From the NCBI GenBank assembly GCA_963729835.1, contig CAVSQF010000039.1, positions 295,486 through 359,485 of the forward strand: 64,000 nt of DNA, in the 5' to 3' direction. The translations under genes were made by a program, and so were the position numbers. Shown one piece after another: positions 25,621 to 36,491 of this stretch. Every line of letters starts with the position of its first letter. Position 1 is the stretch's first letter. This DNA is from an uncultured delta proteobacterium (GTDB lineage: Bacteria; Desulfobacterota; Binatia; HRBIN30). A model generated the notes under the pieces. The model was not told the DNA's origin. It saw only the letters and a program-made list of their open reading frames with translations, and searched no databases.

Positions 25621-26577
25621 TCACGGCCGGCACTCGCGGCCGCTGATCTTGCACTGCGCCGCCGGGCGTCGCCGTCGCGTGCCGCGGTTGGCCCTCCCCG
25701 CATTCCCGCCGCCATCGCGGTTGCGTTGCCCCCGTAACGCGATGCCGTTGTTGCCATTGCCGGTGGCCTGGTTCTCCGTGAGCGACGAATCGTTCGCCGT
25801 CCCGCTCAGCCCGTCACCCTTGTTGCTCTGCACCCGGCAGCCCGTGATGGTCGCGTGGCTGACGTTGAGGCGGATGCCCTCCTTGCCGTCTTCCGCCACA
25901 GCTTCCACCAAGCTGTGCCCGCGGCCCATGATATGAAAACCGGCGGCGCCGCTCCCCACGGCCGTGTTCCCCGCTCCCGACAACCCTACCGTGCCGTTCT
26001 GGCCGCTCACCGTATAGCCGCACTGCCGACTATTGACGGCCCGCGTGTTGGTGACCCGAAACCCGTTGCCTCCCAAGGAAAAACCGTGCCGCCCAGAGTC
26101 CCGTACTTCGGTGGCCTGTACCCGGTAGCCACCGGCCTCGATGCGGATGCCGTCTTGCTTGCTCTTGACGACGTTGAGGTGCTCGATCAGCGCCACCGAC
26201 CGCGCGCCGCGCGCCACAATCCCATCGCGAAACCCCTCAATCGTGCCGGCGCCACCGGCGCTGCTGATCAGGTGTGCTCCCCCGGGGCCGCCATCAAGAA
26301 TCAGCACCCCCACCCCATGCCCACTGCCGTGCACCGTCGTCCCCGCCAGGTCAATGGTCACCGCATGCGGGCTGTCGAGGGCCCGCACGATCAGGCCGTC
26401 CCCCGGGCATACCTCACGGGTGACCGGATCGTCGCTCAGCCGCACGTCACCGGTGACCGTATCGCCGCAGGCGCACGGGATGTCCTGCCCGGCCACGTCA
26501 TCGCCACAGAGTTTGGCCCGGGCAACGGTGGGCAACAGTACCGAGACTACTAGAACAACAAGCAAGCGCTGGTGCAT
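25621..26577 (-). CDS. Secreted right-handed beta-helix repeat protein
   Basis: Signal peptide, CACGDTV, repeated N-x-x-x-G-I/F motifs. Confidence 0.8.
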   Translation of the reverse strand: MHQRLLVVLVVSVLLPTVARAKLCGDDVAGQDIPCACGDTVTGDVRLSDDPVTREVCPGDGLIVRALDSPHAVTIDLAGTTVHGSGHGVGVLILDGGPGGAHLISSAGGAGTIEGFRDGIVARGARSVALIEHLNVVKSKQDGIRIEAGGYRVQATEVRDSGRHGFSLGGNGFRVTNTRAVNSRQCGYTVSGQNGTVGLSGAGNTAVGSGAAGFHIMGRGHSLVEAVAEDGKEGIRLNVSHATITGCRVQSNKGDGLSGTANDSSLTENQATGNGNNGIALRGQRNRDGGGNAGRANRGTRRRRPAAQCKISGRECRP

Positions 26578-26895
26578 ATGGGTGATTCCCTTCGGTGTGG
26601 TCGTTCTGGATCGTGCTGCTTTCCACCCGTGCCGCGGCGCCGTCAGCGTCGGTGCACCTCGGCCTTCTCACGCGCGGCCCGCACCCACTCGTCCCTGCGG
26701 CTGGCAAACAGAGCACCCAGTCGATCCATTCATTGTGGCCGGTGACTACAAACACCGAACCGGTGGTGTTTGTCAAGGCGTTTCACCGGAAACAAATGGC
26801 GCAAGCCGAGGAAACAATCAACACCGCTGGCAGCACTGGGGGATGCTGCCAGCGGCGGGCTTTGGGTAGTTGCGCGGCGCGTTACCCCGTGGGGC

Positions 26896-28359
26896 TCACG
26901 CACTCCACGACGTGCGACGCAGCGCCACGAGGCCGAGGGCGAACAAAGCAGCTACGAGTCCAGCCATCCCCCATGGCGTGAGCGCAGGTGCCGCTGCCGC
27001 GGCGCGAACGAGAACCGGGGCACCACAGAGTGTGTGCTGTGCATCGAACGCGAAGATGCTCTCACCGAGTCCCAGCGCTGGAACGGTGATCGCAAAGAAG
27101 CCAGCACTGTTGGTCCCACCAGTCCCGAGCGCGGTGGTGCAGGTTGTGGCGGTGCAGGTTGACCACTCCCCCGCGCATATCTCGAGTTGACCGTTGGGGA
27201 CGTTCGATGCGCCCTGTCCGGAAACCGTGGTCGACCCCGCAGTCGCGCCGCCGGTAATCACGGGCGGCGCGGGCGTCCTTGTCGCGGTGGCCGTAGCGGT
27301 GTTGGTGATGGTGGGTGTGTTCGTCGGCGTTCTGGTCAGTGTGGCGGTCGGGGTGGCGGTTGGGGTATTGGTCGGCGTCTTGGTCGAGGTATTCGTCGGC
27401 GGACTGGTCGGCGTCTTGGTCGGGGTGGCGGTCGGGGTATTGGTGTTGATCGGCGTGTTGGTCGGCGTATTCGTCGGCGGGCTGGTCGGCGTGATGGTCG
27501 GGGTATTGGTGATGGTCGGGGTGTTGGTGATGGTCGGGGAGTCGGTCGGGGAGTCGGTCGGCGTGTCGGTCGGGGTGTCGGTCGGGGTGTCGGTCGGGGT
27601 CGGTGGACCGACGATCGTCAACTGCCCAGGGGTCGTTACAACCGGACATACGCTTCCCGTATAGGCTGAGCAGTCGGCATTAGTCGAGCAAGCTGTGTTC
27701 GTAGGGGCAGGCGGAGTGCAGGCGTTCACAACGATCGGCCCTTTCGAGGCCTGATTGACCGTGACGGTGAGGGGGAAAACATCCCCGGCGGCAGTAGGAT
27801 TGACGTTGAACTGCCACTTCGCAATGTCCCCGGTGCCAGCAGGAACTGCAGATTCACAATAGTCGGTGGAGCCTCCGACGGAGCTCTGGCAGAACAAATC
27901 ACTGTCGCAGGGCGTGGTCTCATCGCTGTTACAGGTAAAGGGGCTGGCGTCGGTGAGATCGATCAATGCAAAGATGACATTGCCCGTTGTGTTGCAGGTG
28001 CTTCCCGCAAAGGCTGAGCAATCGGTATTGATGCTGCACGCGGTGTTCACAGGGGCGGGGGAAGTGCACGTGCCACAGGGAACAATTTGTTGCGGGCTAA
28101 AATGGCTTCGGCCGAGCTTCAGCAGCTTCTGGTTATTGATCATGCCGCAAAGGCTGGGATCGAACGACACGGTGAATTTGAGGACGTTCATTGCCAGCGC
28201 CGTAGTGGCCGAGAAAGTCACCGCGGCCGAGGTATCTCCTGCGTGCGCGGTCACAACCTGAGCGGTCATCGCAATCTGGGCCCCGGCGACGCCTGCGCCC
28301 GTGAAGACGGAAAACAGAGCAGCCACTATTGCCACCACACCACGAACCTGTTTCCTCAT
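26896..28359 (-). CDS. Surface protein with cohesin-like N-terminal domain, PT linker, Ig-like domain and IPTL-CTERM-like sorting signal
   Basis: Signal ...AGAQ; KFTVSFDP...[15 protein letters not shown] (cohesin-like, with Cys-rich inserts); C-terminus [26 protein letters not shown]. Confidence 0.75.
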   Translation of the reverse strand: MRKQVRGVVAIVAALFSVFTGAGVAGAQIAMTAQVVTAHAGDTSAAVTFSATTALAMNVLKFTVSFDPSLCGMINNQKLLKLGRSHFSPQQIVPCGTCTSPAPVNTACSINTDCSAFAGSTCNTTGNVIFALIDLTDASPFTCNSDETTPCDSDLFCQSSVGGSTDYCESAVPAGTGDIAKWQFNVNPTAAGDVFPLTVTVNQASKGPIVVNACTPPAPTNTACSTNADCSAYTGSVCPVVTTPGQLTIVGPPTPTDTPTDTPTDTPTDSPTDSPTITNTPTITNTPTITPTSPPTNTPTNTPINTNTPTATPTKTPTSPPTNTSTKTPTNTPTATPTATLTRTPTNTPTITNTATATATRTPAPPVITGGATAGSTTVSGQGASNVPNGQLEICAGEWSTCTATTCTTALGTGGTNSAGFFAITVPALGLGESIFAFDAQHTLCGAPVLVRAAAAAPALTPWGMAGLVAALFALGLVALRRTSWSA

Positions 28360-28644
28360 TGACGATCCCTCCTTAACCCTCTCCGTCCATCACGTGACGT
28401 TTGCCGGTTGAGTGTGCCACGCTCCGCATACACTAACAAAAACTCAGGCTGTTGTGTACCACGATTTCTCCCCAGCCTGCAAGCACTGTCAATTTAAAAC
28501 CTCAACCCGGACTGCCCCGGAGCATAACACTGTCCCGGTGGCAAAGGCGCTGGATTTCTTGCGACTTTCTGCCTTTCCTACTCCATCCCGCCAAAGATGC
28601 GATGCACCCAGATGCTCCTCCAAGCAAACACGGCTCACGCGTCG

Positions 28645-30186
28645 CTAAGGGAAACTCCCCGCCGGCGCGAGCCGGTTTGGTGCGAGTCGTTGCAGCTCCG
28701 GCCATACGGGCGAACCCGCGCGCGCATACACCAGCGCAACGGAGCTGCGAAACACGATGTGCCAGTCCGGCAGCGTGCCGATCAGACACGGTGATCCAAC
28801 CGGCACCAAAGCAGCGTCCGTCGGATACGCATCCACAAGCCGACGCCAGCCTGCCATGCCGCTGAAAAAGTTGAAATTGTCGGTGACGACCGCTTCGGGA
28901 AACAGGGTTGCGAAACGTCCATCGAGCGATACTTGGGCGTGCGGCGCGAGGAACCAGAGAACGTATTCGCCCCAGTCGAGCGGGACGGCGAGGTTGAACG
29001 GTGCGCCAACCGTCACTGACGGAACCGTCACCGACGGAACCGTCACCGACGGAACCTGCTGCAACGCCCGCACCGCCTCAACGGGGTAGTCGGCGGGCGC
29101 GTAGACGATCTGCAAGCCATCGCGACGCCAGCGCGACGCCGTAAATCCAAGCTGCACGGTGGCGAGTGCCAGCATGCCCGCAGCAATGACACGGCGAGAC
29201 ACGCCATGCAGCTGGAACGCCGCGCGCCCCCTCAGCCACCGGCCGGCGTGATCGAGCTGCGCGGCTAACGGCGCCGCGGCACACAACGCGAACACTGGCG
29301 TGTGCCGCGCATGACGGAGCGCCAGCCAGGCGCTCGCCACCACCACGATCAGCTGCCACCCATGCTCACGCGCCCGGCGCGTGAAGGGAACCGTCGCTGC
29401 AAACAGGAGCAGCATCGCAAAAAACGCAAATTGCGACGGTGAAACGGCGGCCGGCTGCCATTCACTGATCGGATGCGCCCGCGTCAGCTCATGCCACACG
29501 TAGGTCAACAGGCGCAATCCGTACGGGTTCAACACGGTCACGCCAGCGGCACCGAGCAGGGCAAACAGGGGCCCGACGGCAACCGTACGCAGCCGTATCA
29601 TCTCGGACGCGGCGAACAGGCCGAGAATCACCAGTCCCAGGACAAAGCCCCCGTGCAGGTTTGTCCAGAGTACGAACAACAACGGCACGAACCACAGGCT
29701 ATGCCGTCGGCCTCGCTGGTAGTAATCGAGCACCGTCAAGATGAGTGCGATGCCACAATAGGTGAAGATCTGCGGCCGCACCGCGAACCCGCGCGCCAGG
29801 ACGGCGATGCTCAGCAAGCCGGTCAAGCCCCAGGCCGACACGGACTGGCTGCGCGCGCGCATGCCGCCGAATAGGAGCAAGAACGTGGCGGCGGCCAGCG
29901 TGAACTTGAACAGCAAGAGTCCCGGAGAGGCCGCCGCCTCGTACACGGCTGCCAGGATCACCTGCGAGAGCCATTCGTGGTTCACCCAGGGCTGCCCGAC
30001 CGCGGTGTACGTGTGCGTCGCGACCCGCGGGATCAGCCCCGCAGCCACCATCTCACGCCCGAACAGTATGTGGCCCCAGAGATCGTTGTCAGCTTCGTTG
30101 ATGGTGAAGAAATAGAGGGCGCTGCTGGCCAGCAGCAGTGCCCACACGGCGCGTTCGCTACGGCTCGCAGTCGGCGCGGTGCCCAC
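28645..30186 (-). CDS. Polytopic membrane protein, putative GT-C-type glycosyltransferase
   Basis: Many TM helices; first loop EADNDLWGH...WVNHEWL, RPQIFT, LWTNLHGGF, late DWGEY...SLDGR. Confidence 0.6.
   Translation of the reverse strand: MGTAPTASRSERAVWALLLASSALYFFTINEADNDLWGHILFGREMVAAGLIPRVATHTYTAVGQPWVNHEWLSQVILAAVYEAAASPGLLLFKFTLAAATFLLLFGGMRARSQSVSAWGLTGLLSIAVLARGFAVRPQIFTYCGIALILTVLDYYQRGRRHSLWFVPLLFVLWTNLHGGFVLGLVILGLFAASEMIRLRTVAVGPLFALLGAAGVTVLNPYGLRLLTYVWHELTRAHPISEWQPAAVSPSQFAFFAMLLLFAATVPFTRRAREHGWQLIVVVASAWLALRHARHTPVFALCAAAPLAAQLDHAGRWLRGRAAFQLHGVSRRVIAAGMLALATVQLGFTASRWRRDGLQIVYAPADYPVEAVRALQQVPSVTVPSVTVPSVTVGAPFNLAVPLDWGEYVLWFLAPHAQVSLDGRFATLFPEAVVTDNFNFFSGMAGWRRLVDAYPTDAALVPVGSPCLIGTLPDWHIVFRSSVALVYARAGSPVWPELQRLAPNRLAPAGSFP
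29008..29052. repeat. 3 x 15-bp in-frame tandem repeat (VPSVT)
   Basis: AACCGTCAC(T/C)GACGG three times. Confidence 0.85.
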
Positions 30187-30192
30187 CGAAGC

Positions 30193-31203
30193 CTACTCAA
30201 CGCTCGGCAGCCACATCGCCGGCGGCCAAAGATACATGAACTGCGGCATCGTCCGACCCAGTCCGCCCAGGTCGATATTCAGCAAGTTGATCTGCGCCGG
30301 TCCGACCGGTGCGCGCGAGTAAATGTTTTCGGCAAACTCATCCGGACGCCGATATAGCACCACGCGTGCTTGCGTGAGTCCGGCACGGCGGGTGGCGGCG
30401 TCGATGGTGTCCTGCAGATACCCGATACGATCGACGAGCTGTGCCTGCACGGCCTGGTCCGCCGTGAGTATGCGGCCGTCGGCAATCGTCTGCAAAGTCT
30501 CTGGCGTCATGGCTGGGCGGCGCTCGCGGACAATGCTCAGGAAGCGCTCGTGCATCTGCGCGAGGATCGTCTGCAGCATCTGGGCTTCTTCCCGAGTCAT
30601 TTCGCGGAGCGGCGAGCCCATGTCCTTGCGCTGCCCCGCCTTCAGCGTCTGGTCCTTGACGCCGAGCTTCTCCAGCAGGCCGGTGAGGTTCAGGCCGTAC
30701 ATGACCACGCCGACGCTGCCGGTCACCGTCGTTGGACTGGCGACGATTTCATCGGCTGCCAGGGCGACGTAGTAGCCGCCCGAGGTGGCCATATCGAGGA
30801 GCTGGGCGACGAGGGGTACATGGCGGTGCCGTTTAAACTCCATCAGTTGGTGATACACGACATCACTTGCAGTAACTGAGCCGCCGGGGCTGTTGATGCG
30901 CAGCACCACGGCCCGGATGCGATCGTCCTGCGCCGCCCTCTGCAGCTCCTCCTGCACCCGGGCTGTCGTGCTGTCGCGCCGCTTGATCCCGAAGGCCCCT
31001 TCTTCCTCCTGGCTGCCGATGACCCTCGATATGTCGATCAGCAGCACTTTGGCACGGCCCTCGCCGGACACCACATGCTCCTCCAACCCCTCAGGCGCGC
31101 TGGCGAATGGGTTGAAGTTCCCTGTCAAGAACACGCATCCGGGCAACAACCACAGCAAGACACCAGCGACGTGGCACCAGCGAAGGAGACGCATGACCGG
31201 CAT
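30193..31203 (-). CDS. sppA: Signal peptide peptidase SppA (S49), lipoprotein type
   Basis: Lipobox LLPGC, LRINSPGGSVTASD, ATSGGYYVA, TGSVGV. Confidence 0.93.
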   Translation of the reverse strand: MPVMRLLRWCHVAGVLLWLLPGCVFLTGNFNPFASAPEGLEEHVVSGEGRAKVLLIDISRVIGSQEEEGAFGIKRRDSTTARVQEELQRAAQDDRIRAVVLRINSPGGSVTASDVVYHQLMEFKRHRHVPLVAQLLDMATSGGYYVALAADEIVASPTTVTGSVGVVMYGLNLTGLLEKLGVKDQTLKAGQRKDMGSPLREMTREEAQMLQTILAQMHERFLSIVRERRPAMTPETLQTIADGRILTADQAVQAQLVDRIGYLQDTIDAATRRAGLTQARVVLYRRPDEFAENIYSRAPVGPAQINLLNIDLGGLGRTMPQFMYLWPPAMWLPSVE

Positions 31204-31232
31204 GAGAGACCCTTTCCGACTGGAGTGAACGG

Positions 31233-31748
31233 TCATCCCCTGCGCGTGAGTCCCCAGACGCCTCGCAACGCAGGATAGGTCAAGGCAAACCACAGCCCGA
31301 GCGGTGCGACCACGAACGCTGTCAGCCCCAAGAACACCCCCAACGTGTTCTTCACCGCGTTTGGCTGATCGAGGAGCATGGGATATGCAAGCACCACGGT
31401 CGCATCGAGGAGGAAGTACAAGATGGCACCAATTGCGGTGCGGCTGACCCATTGGCGCGTGCCGAACCCGGGGGTTGCGAGCAGCAACGACACCAAGAAA
31501 ACAAGCCCGATCGAGAGTGCCGGCAGCTGGATCAGCATGGCGATCTCACGGTCGCCGGATCGAAACACCGCGTCGTCCGCGGAGCCTGGCCGGTCGTAAT
31601 CCAGCCACCAGCCATTGACCAGCGGGCTCGCCATCTGCACCGTGGCGAGCACCGCGGTCCGATAGCCATGCGCAAATCCGGTCGCCGACCACGCCACCAG
31701 CAGCAGGGCGAACGCCACGAGGAACTTCGCTGCGAATCGCCACTTCAC
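31233..31748 (-). CDS. Exosortase-associated membrane protein
   Basis: GTG start overlaps the exosortase stop; hydrophobic multi-TM protein MKWRFAAKFLVAFALLLVAWS. Confidence 0.65.
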   Translation of the reverse strand: MKWRFAAKFLVAFALLLVAWSATGFAHGYRTAVLATVQMASPLVNGWWLDYDRPGSADDAVFRSGDREIAMLIQLPALSIGLVFLVSLLLATPGFGTRQWVSRTAIGAILYFLLDATVVLAYPMLLDQPNAVKNTLGVFLGLTAFVVAPLGLWFALTYPALRGVWGLTRRG

Positions 31749-32227
31749 CCGCGCACCCACTCGACCCAACTCATGGCGTACACCGTCACCAGCATCAAGA
31801 AGGCGCCCTGCCAGACGTATTCGTGGAAATACGTGAACAGACCGGGGTAGAACTCCACGACTCTGACGAGCGTCACGATACGAATCACATTCACCAGCGT
31901 CAGCCCCACCACCCCAATGACGATGCCAATGGCCTTGGCGCTGATCCGTGCCGGGTAAGCGGCGATGAAGCTGGCCAGCACGAAAAGCACGAATACTCCC
32001 GTACACTCGTGGTTGATGTTCATGCTCAGGGTGCCGACGGTAATGGTATTCCCATTGACCACCTCGGCGGCACTGCCGAGACATTGCGCGATCCACGTCG
32101 CCGCGCCGGCCAGCCCCACCTCCGCCATGTGCAGATGATTCTGCAGCGCCGTCGCCGCGCTGAGCACGCTGAAGCCCAACAGCAGAACGAAAAAGCTCGC
32201 GGTGAAGCGGACCAGCGGTGACCTCAT
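31745..32227 (-). CDS. xrtH: Exosortase/archaeosortase family protein, exosortase H-like
   Basis: Catalytic Cys-Arg-His pattern: INHECTG, VNVIRI, FHEYVWQ; about 160 aa. Confidence 0.8.
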   Translation of the reverse strand: MRSPLVRFTASFFVLLLGFSVLSAATALQNHLHMAEVGLAGAATWIAQCLGSAAEVVNGNTITVGTLSMNINHECTGVFVLFVLASFIAAYPARISAKAIGIVIGVVGLTLVNVIRIVTLVRVVEFYPGLFTYFHEYVWQGAFLMLVTVYAMSWVEWVRG

Positions 32228-32329
32228 GGCGGCAAGATAGAACAACGGAAGTCCACAGTCGACAGCTCACGGCCGAGAGCCCCGTCGGCCCAGGCGAAGG
32301 CAGGAGCAGCCTTGCACCTCTAGACACCG

Positions 32330-34212
32330 TTACCCGTCAACTGTCCTTCTGAACTGTTCATCGTGGAGTTGCCGGTACACGCCGTTGCGCGCCAGCAGCT
32401 CATGGTGGCGGCCAATCTCGCAAATCTCCCCCGCTTCGATGACCACGATGCGATCGGCGTTCATCACCGTCGAGAGGCGATGCGCGATGATGAACGTTGT
32501 GCGGCCGTGCATGAGCCGCCGCAGCGCATCGTGGATGAGGTTCTCCGACTCGGAATCCAAAGCCGCAGTGGCCTCGTCGAGAATGAGAATTGGCGGGTCC
32601 TTCAAAAACGTGCGCGCAATCGCTACCCGCTGGCGCTGGCCGCCCGATAGGCGCAAGCCCCGTTCCCCGACCAGCGTGAGGTAGCCTTCCGGAAGTTGGC
32701 CGATGAAATCATGGGCGTTGGCAGCACGCGCTGCCCGCAACACCTCCGGTTCCGTCGCGGCCGGCTTGCCGTAGAGCAGATTCTCTTGCAGGGTCCCGCT
32801 GAACAAGACGGGTCCTGCGGCACGATGCCGATCTGATCGCGCAAGGACGCTAACGTCGCCTCGCGGACGTCGATCCCGTCGATCAACAGCGCCCCTTCGC
32901 TCACGTCGTAGAAGCGCGGGATGAGCGAGACCAGCGTCGACTTGCCCGCCCCGCTCCGGCCGACGATGGCAATGGTCTCGCCAGGCGCCACGTCGAGGTC
33001 GATGTCGCGCAGTACCGGATGGCCGTTGCGGCGCGTCGCGTACGAGAAGCTCACCCCCCGGAAGGTGATACGCCCGGCGGCGCGCACCAGGTGGCGCGCG
33101 TTGCGGGCCTCGCGCACTTCCGGGCGGATATCGAAAAACTCGAAGATGCGGTCAATCGCCGCCAGGGAGTTGCTGACGACGACGCTCAGCTCGCTGAACC
33201 GCTGCAAGGGCAAATACAGGCTCCCGAGGTAAGCATAGAACGCGACCATGGTGCCCACGCTCAACGTGCCGCGCAGGATCATCGCGCTGGCAACCCACAC
33301 GACGACCAGGGGGGCGATGCTGGTGAGCAGCGTCGTGCCCGCCTGACTTGCGGACGACAGCGCCACGTTGCGGAGGGTGAGATCCAGCAAGGTCTGACTG
33401 CTGCTGTAAAACCGCCGCGCCTCATCTGCCTCCCGTCCGAAAGCTTTGACCACTGCCGCCGCGGCGATCTTCTCCTGCAACTCGCCGGAGAAATCCTCGA
33501 TCATCTCCTGCACCGACTGGCTGGCAGCTTTGATGCGGGGGCTGAAGTAGCGGATCAGCGCCACATAAAATGGGATGACCATCAGGGCGACCCACGCCAG
33601 GCGGTGCTCGAGCACGAACAGAATCCAGACGACGAACCCCAACGCCGCGCCGTCCATCCAGACATTTGTCAGCGCTGAGCCCACGAAGTTCTGCGCCAGC
33701 TGAATGTCGTTGACGAAGCGTGCCACGATCGCCCCCGACCGGCGTTCATCGAAGAACGAATGCGACATCCCCTGGATGTGCTGGTAGAGCGCGTAGCGCA
33801 GGTCGAAGATCAGTCGATGCCCCGCCTGCCCGGCCCAGTAGCTGCGGCAGAAGCTGCCGAACCCGAGCAGGCCGTAGAGCCCCAGCATCGTGAGGCCGAC
33901 AACCAGCAAGCGTCCGCTGGCTCCGGAACCGAGCCAGGGCGCCAGCTCCAACGCGCCGGCGCACCAGCGCTCGACGACGCGGTTGGTGGTCTCGCCGACC
34001 GCCGCGGGGTCGCGCGCCAGCACCACGTCAGCGAGGTACTTGAGCGCCAACGGAAACGCCAGCGGGATGACGAACTTCAGGATGCCACTGGCCGCAGCCC
34101 CGGCGATGTACCAGCGGTGTGGCACGACATAGCGCAGGAACCGCAGCAACGAGGATCGCCCGGAAACCAAACGGCGCTGCGGAGCCGCTGCAGCCACCTC
34201 AGCATTGGTCAT
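32330..34212 (-). CDS. ABC transporter permease/ATP-binding protein (MsbA-like), frameshifted near 32810
   Basis: TM domain, [15 protein letters not shown], then second frame [27 protein letters not shown]. Confidence 0.9.
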
Positions 34213-34294
34213 GTACAAGGGTCTGATAGCAAGGATCGAACGCACTGACCAGACGATCGGACGATCACTGTTGTAGCTGCGCCAAAAACGCCGC

Positions 34295-35134
34295 ATGGTT
34301 GGGACAACGCGATCGATCTCAGCTATAGTGACCGCCGTGCGTTGGGGTTGCGGCCTTCTGTTGTTGCTTGCCGCTTGCACCTCCACCTGGGCGCGGCGGC
34401 AAGAGTCGATGGCGTCACACGAAGGGCGCGGCGAGTACGCCGCCGCGGCAGCGGATGCCCGTTGGCTCGTTGACCACGGTTTCGAGGCGGCCCCCGAGTC
34501 GGAGCGCAGCGCCGAGGCCGAGGCGGCGCGGTCTCTGGACCTAGCCCGGTTGGCGGCAAAAGCGGGCAATGTGCCGGTGGCCGTCGAGGCGTTGCGCGAC
34601 GCGCTGGCCGCAGATCCGCATCAGGCTGCTGCCGTGCGTGCCGAATTGGCCGCGCTGCCGGTCGGACCGGCGGAACGGTCGCGGTTGAACCAGGAGTTCG
34701 CCTGGAACATCGCGGCGCTGGCTCCCGCCGGCAGCGGCGCGCTGCCCGACGAACCGGCAGCGGCGCGCTGCTGGTCGTACCGGGTGCGTGAGATCCGTAT
34801 CCGCCGCAGCATTACGGTCGGCGGCCCCACGCAGAAGGAACGGCAGGTGACCTACGATGCACGGTCTTGGCGCTTTGATAGCGCGTCCTCAATGTGGAGT
34901 CCGGAAAGCGACTGGGTCGAGGACGCCGGGGCCGAGATCGAGCTGGCGAATGGTCCGGAGCAGCCACGCTACCGGGCAATCGTCGCGGCGCCACATCAGT
35001 TCATCGCACTCGAAGACGTCCCGCCGTGCCACCGCGCCGGCTGGCGCGGGCCCTACGAAACTAACGGGACTGTGTTTACTGCTGCCGAGCTGCCTGGCAC
35101 GTCGCCAGCGGGCTCGAAAAATCGATCGCGGTGA
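34295..35134 (+). CDS. Hypothetical lipoprotein
   Basis: LLLLLAAC lipobox; TPR-like helical N-terminal half. Confidence 0.65.
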   Translation: MVGTTRSISAIVTAVRWGCGLLLLLAACTSTWARRQESMASHEGRGEYAAAAADARWLVDHGFEAAPESERSAEAEAARSLDLARLAAKAGNVPVAVEALRDALAADPHQAAAVRAELAALPVGPAERSRLNQEFAWNIAALAPAGSGALPDEPAAARCWSYRVREIRIRRSITVGGPTQKERQVTYDARSWRFDSASSMWSPESDWVEDAGAEIELANGPEQPRYRAIVAAPHQFIALEDVPPCHRAGWRGPYETNGTVFTAAELPGTSPAGSKNRSR

Positions 35135-35296
35135 GATTTTTTCGTTGCTACAAAATTCCCGCGGCGCTATATTTACTATACAGTCTCTGATCCCGAGTGC
35201 GGGGTTGCAGGAAATTCTTGGAGGTAGGGACGTGGGGTCGGGCGCCGGCGTCCTGTGGAGTCGGCCCTGATGCTCACTCTTCAGGGATTGGTATGC

Positions 35297-35770
35297 ATGA
35301 ACCGTCAGTACAAGCATCAACAGGCTCGCAGCGCCATTACCGGGCAGCTGCAGCGTATGGGTTTCGACGTCAAAGAGGTCTCGCGTAGCGGGCAGTATGA
35401 CATGCTCGTGAATGGCAAGCTGCGTGTCGCCTTGCGGGTGGCGTTTCCTGGACGCTACGCGCACACGGTGACCGTCAACGGCAAGCGCTACGCCTACGAT
35501 TACCGCAGTTGGAATTTCAACTTCCATCGTCACGGACGCTGGGAACAGAAGTACTGCGACGTATTTGTCTGCGTGGCCAAACATCGCCGTGCAGCGGATG
35601 AAGTCTTCGTCATTCCATCGAGCGCGATCAGTGGTCCAACCTTCAGCTTGCATGGAGCCGGCAAACCCTACCGCGGCCGTTATGCGGATTTTCGCAACCG
35701 GTGGGGCCTTTTCGCTCAGCTCCCGCAGGCGGGACACCCCTCGGCAGAAGACCAGTCGCAGGTAGCCTAG
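35297..35770 (+). CDS. Hypothetical protein, possible degenerate PD-(D/E)XK nuclease fold
   Basis: LQRMGFDV...YDMLVNGKLRVALRVA...CDVFVCV...VFVIP follows the PD-(D/E)XK layout. Confidence 0.55.
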   Translation: MNRQYKHQQARSAITGQLQRMGFDVKEVSRSGQYDMLVNGKLRVALRVAFPGRYAHTVTVNGKRYAYDYRSWNFNFHRHGRWEQKYCDVFVCVAKHRRAADEVFVIPSSAISGPTFSLHGAGKPYRGRYADFRNRWGLFAQLPQAGHPSAEDQSQVA

Positions 35771-35883
35771 CAAGCCATCGCACCAGGGTACCGAGGGGTC
35801 CGCGGAGCTACTCCCTCGTGCAGCCCGCAACCTCTCTGGTGTCCGCCAGACGCCACGGCGGCGGGCGACCTCGAGGTCCGTCG

Positions 35884-36369
35884 CTACTCGCGATAATTGA
35901 TGAATTGCAGCGGCAGCCCGAAGTCCTCCGCTTTCAGCAGCTGTATGACCGCCTGCAGGTCATCGCGTTTCTTGCCGCTGATGCGCACCTGGTCTCCTTG
36001 CACTTGGCTCTGGACCTTGAGCTTGGCGTCCTTCACGTGCTTCACGATGCTCCGCGCCTTGTCGGCGTCAATGCCCTGTTGCACGGTGATCGTTTGCTTG
36101 GCCAAGCCACCCGCAGCGGGCTGGATGTCGCCGTAGACCAACGCCTTGAGTGAGATACCGCGGCGGACGAGTTTGGACTGCAAGACATCAACAACCGCCT
36201 TCACCTTGAAGTCGTCATCCGAGACGATCTGCAGGCTATCCTCCTCGACGCGAATCTCGGTCTTCGTGCCCTTGAAATCGTAGCGCTGGCTGACTTCCTT
36301 GCGTGTCTGGTTCACGGCGTTATCGACCTCTTGCCGGTCTACCTGTGAGACAACGTCGAACGACGGCAT
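35884..36369 (-). CDS. yajQ: YajQ family nucleotide/c-di-GMP-binding protein
   Basis: [19 protein letters not shown]...RYDFKG...GKKRDDLQ...[10 protein letters not shown]. Confidence 0.97.
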   Translation of the reverse strand: MPSFDVVSQVDRQEVDNAVNQTRKEVSQRYDFKGTKTEIRVEEDSLQIVSDDDFKVKAVVDVLQSKLVRRGISLKALVYGDIQPAAGGLAKQTITVQQGIDADKARSIVKHVKDAKLKVQSQVQGDQVRISGKKRDDLQAVIQLLKAEDFGLPLQFINYRE

Positions 36370-36382
36370 AATGACTCCTTCG

Positions 36383-36491
36383 CCTATGGCGTATGGCATA
36401 TGGCGAATGCATTCGGCCACTCACCGTCAGCGCAATGGCGTATCGGCCATAGGCCATAAGCCATACGCTATATGCCACAGCCACAAGCCAC
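36383..36491. repeat. Intergenic heptamer arrays in inverted orientation
   Basis: (TATGGCN)n at about 36385-36405 facing (NGCCATA)n at about 36445-36490. Confidence 0.7.
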
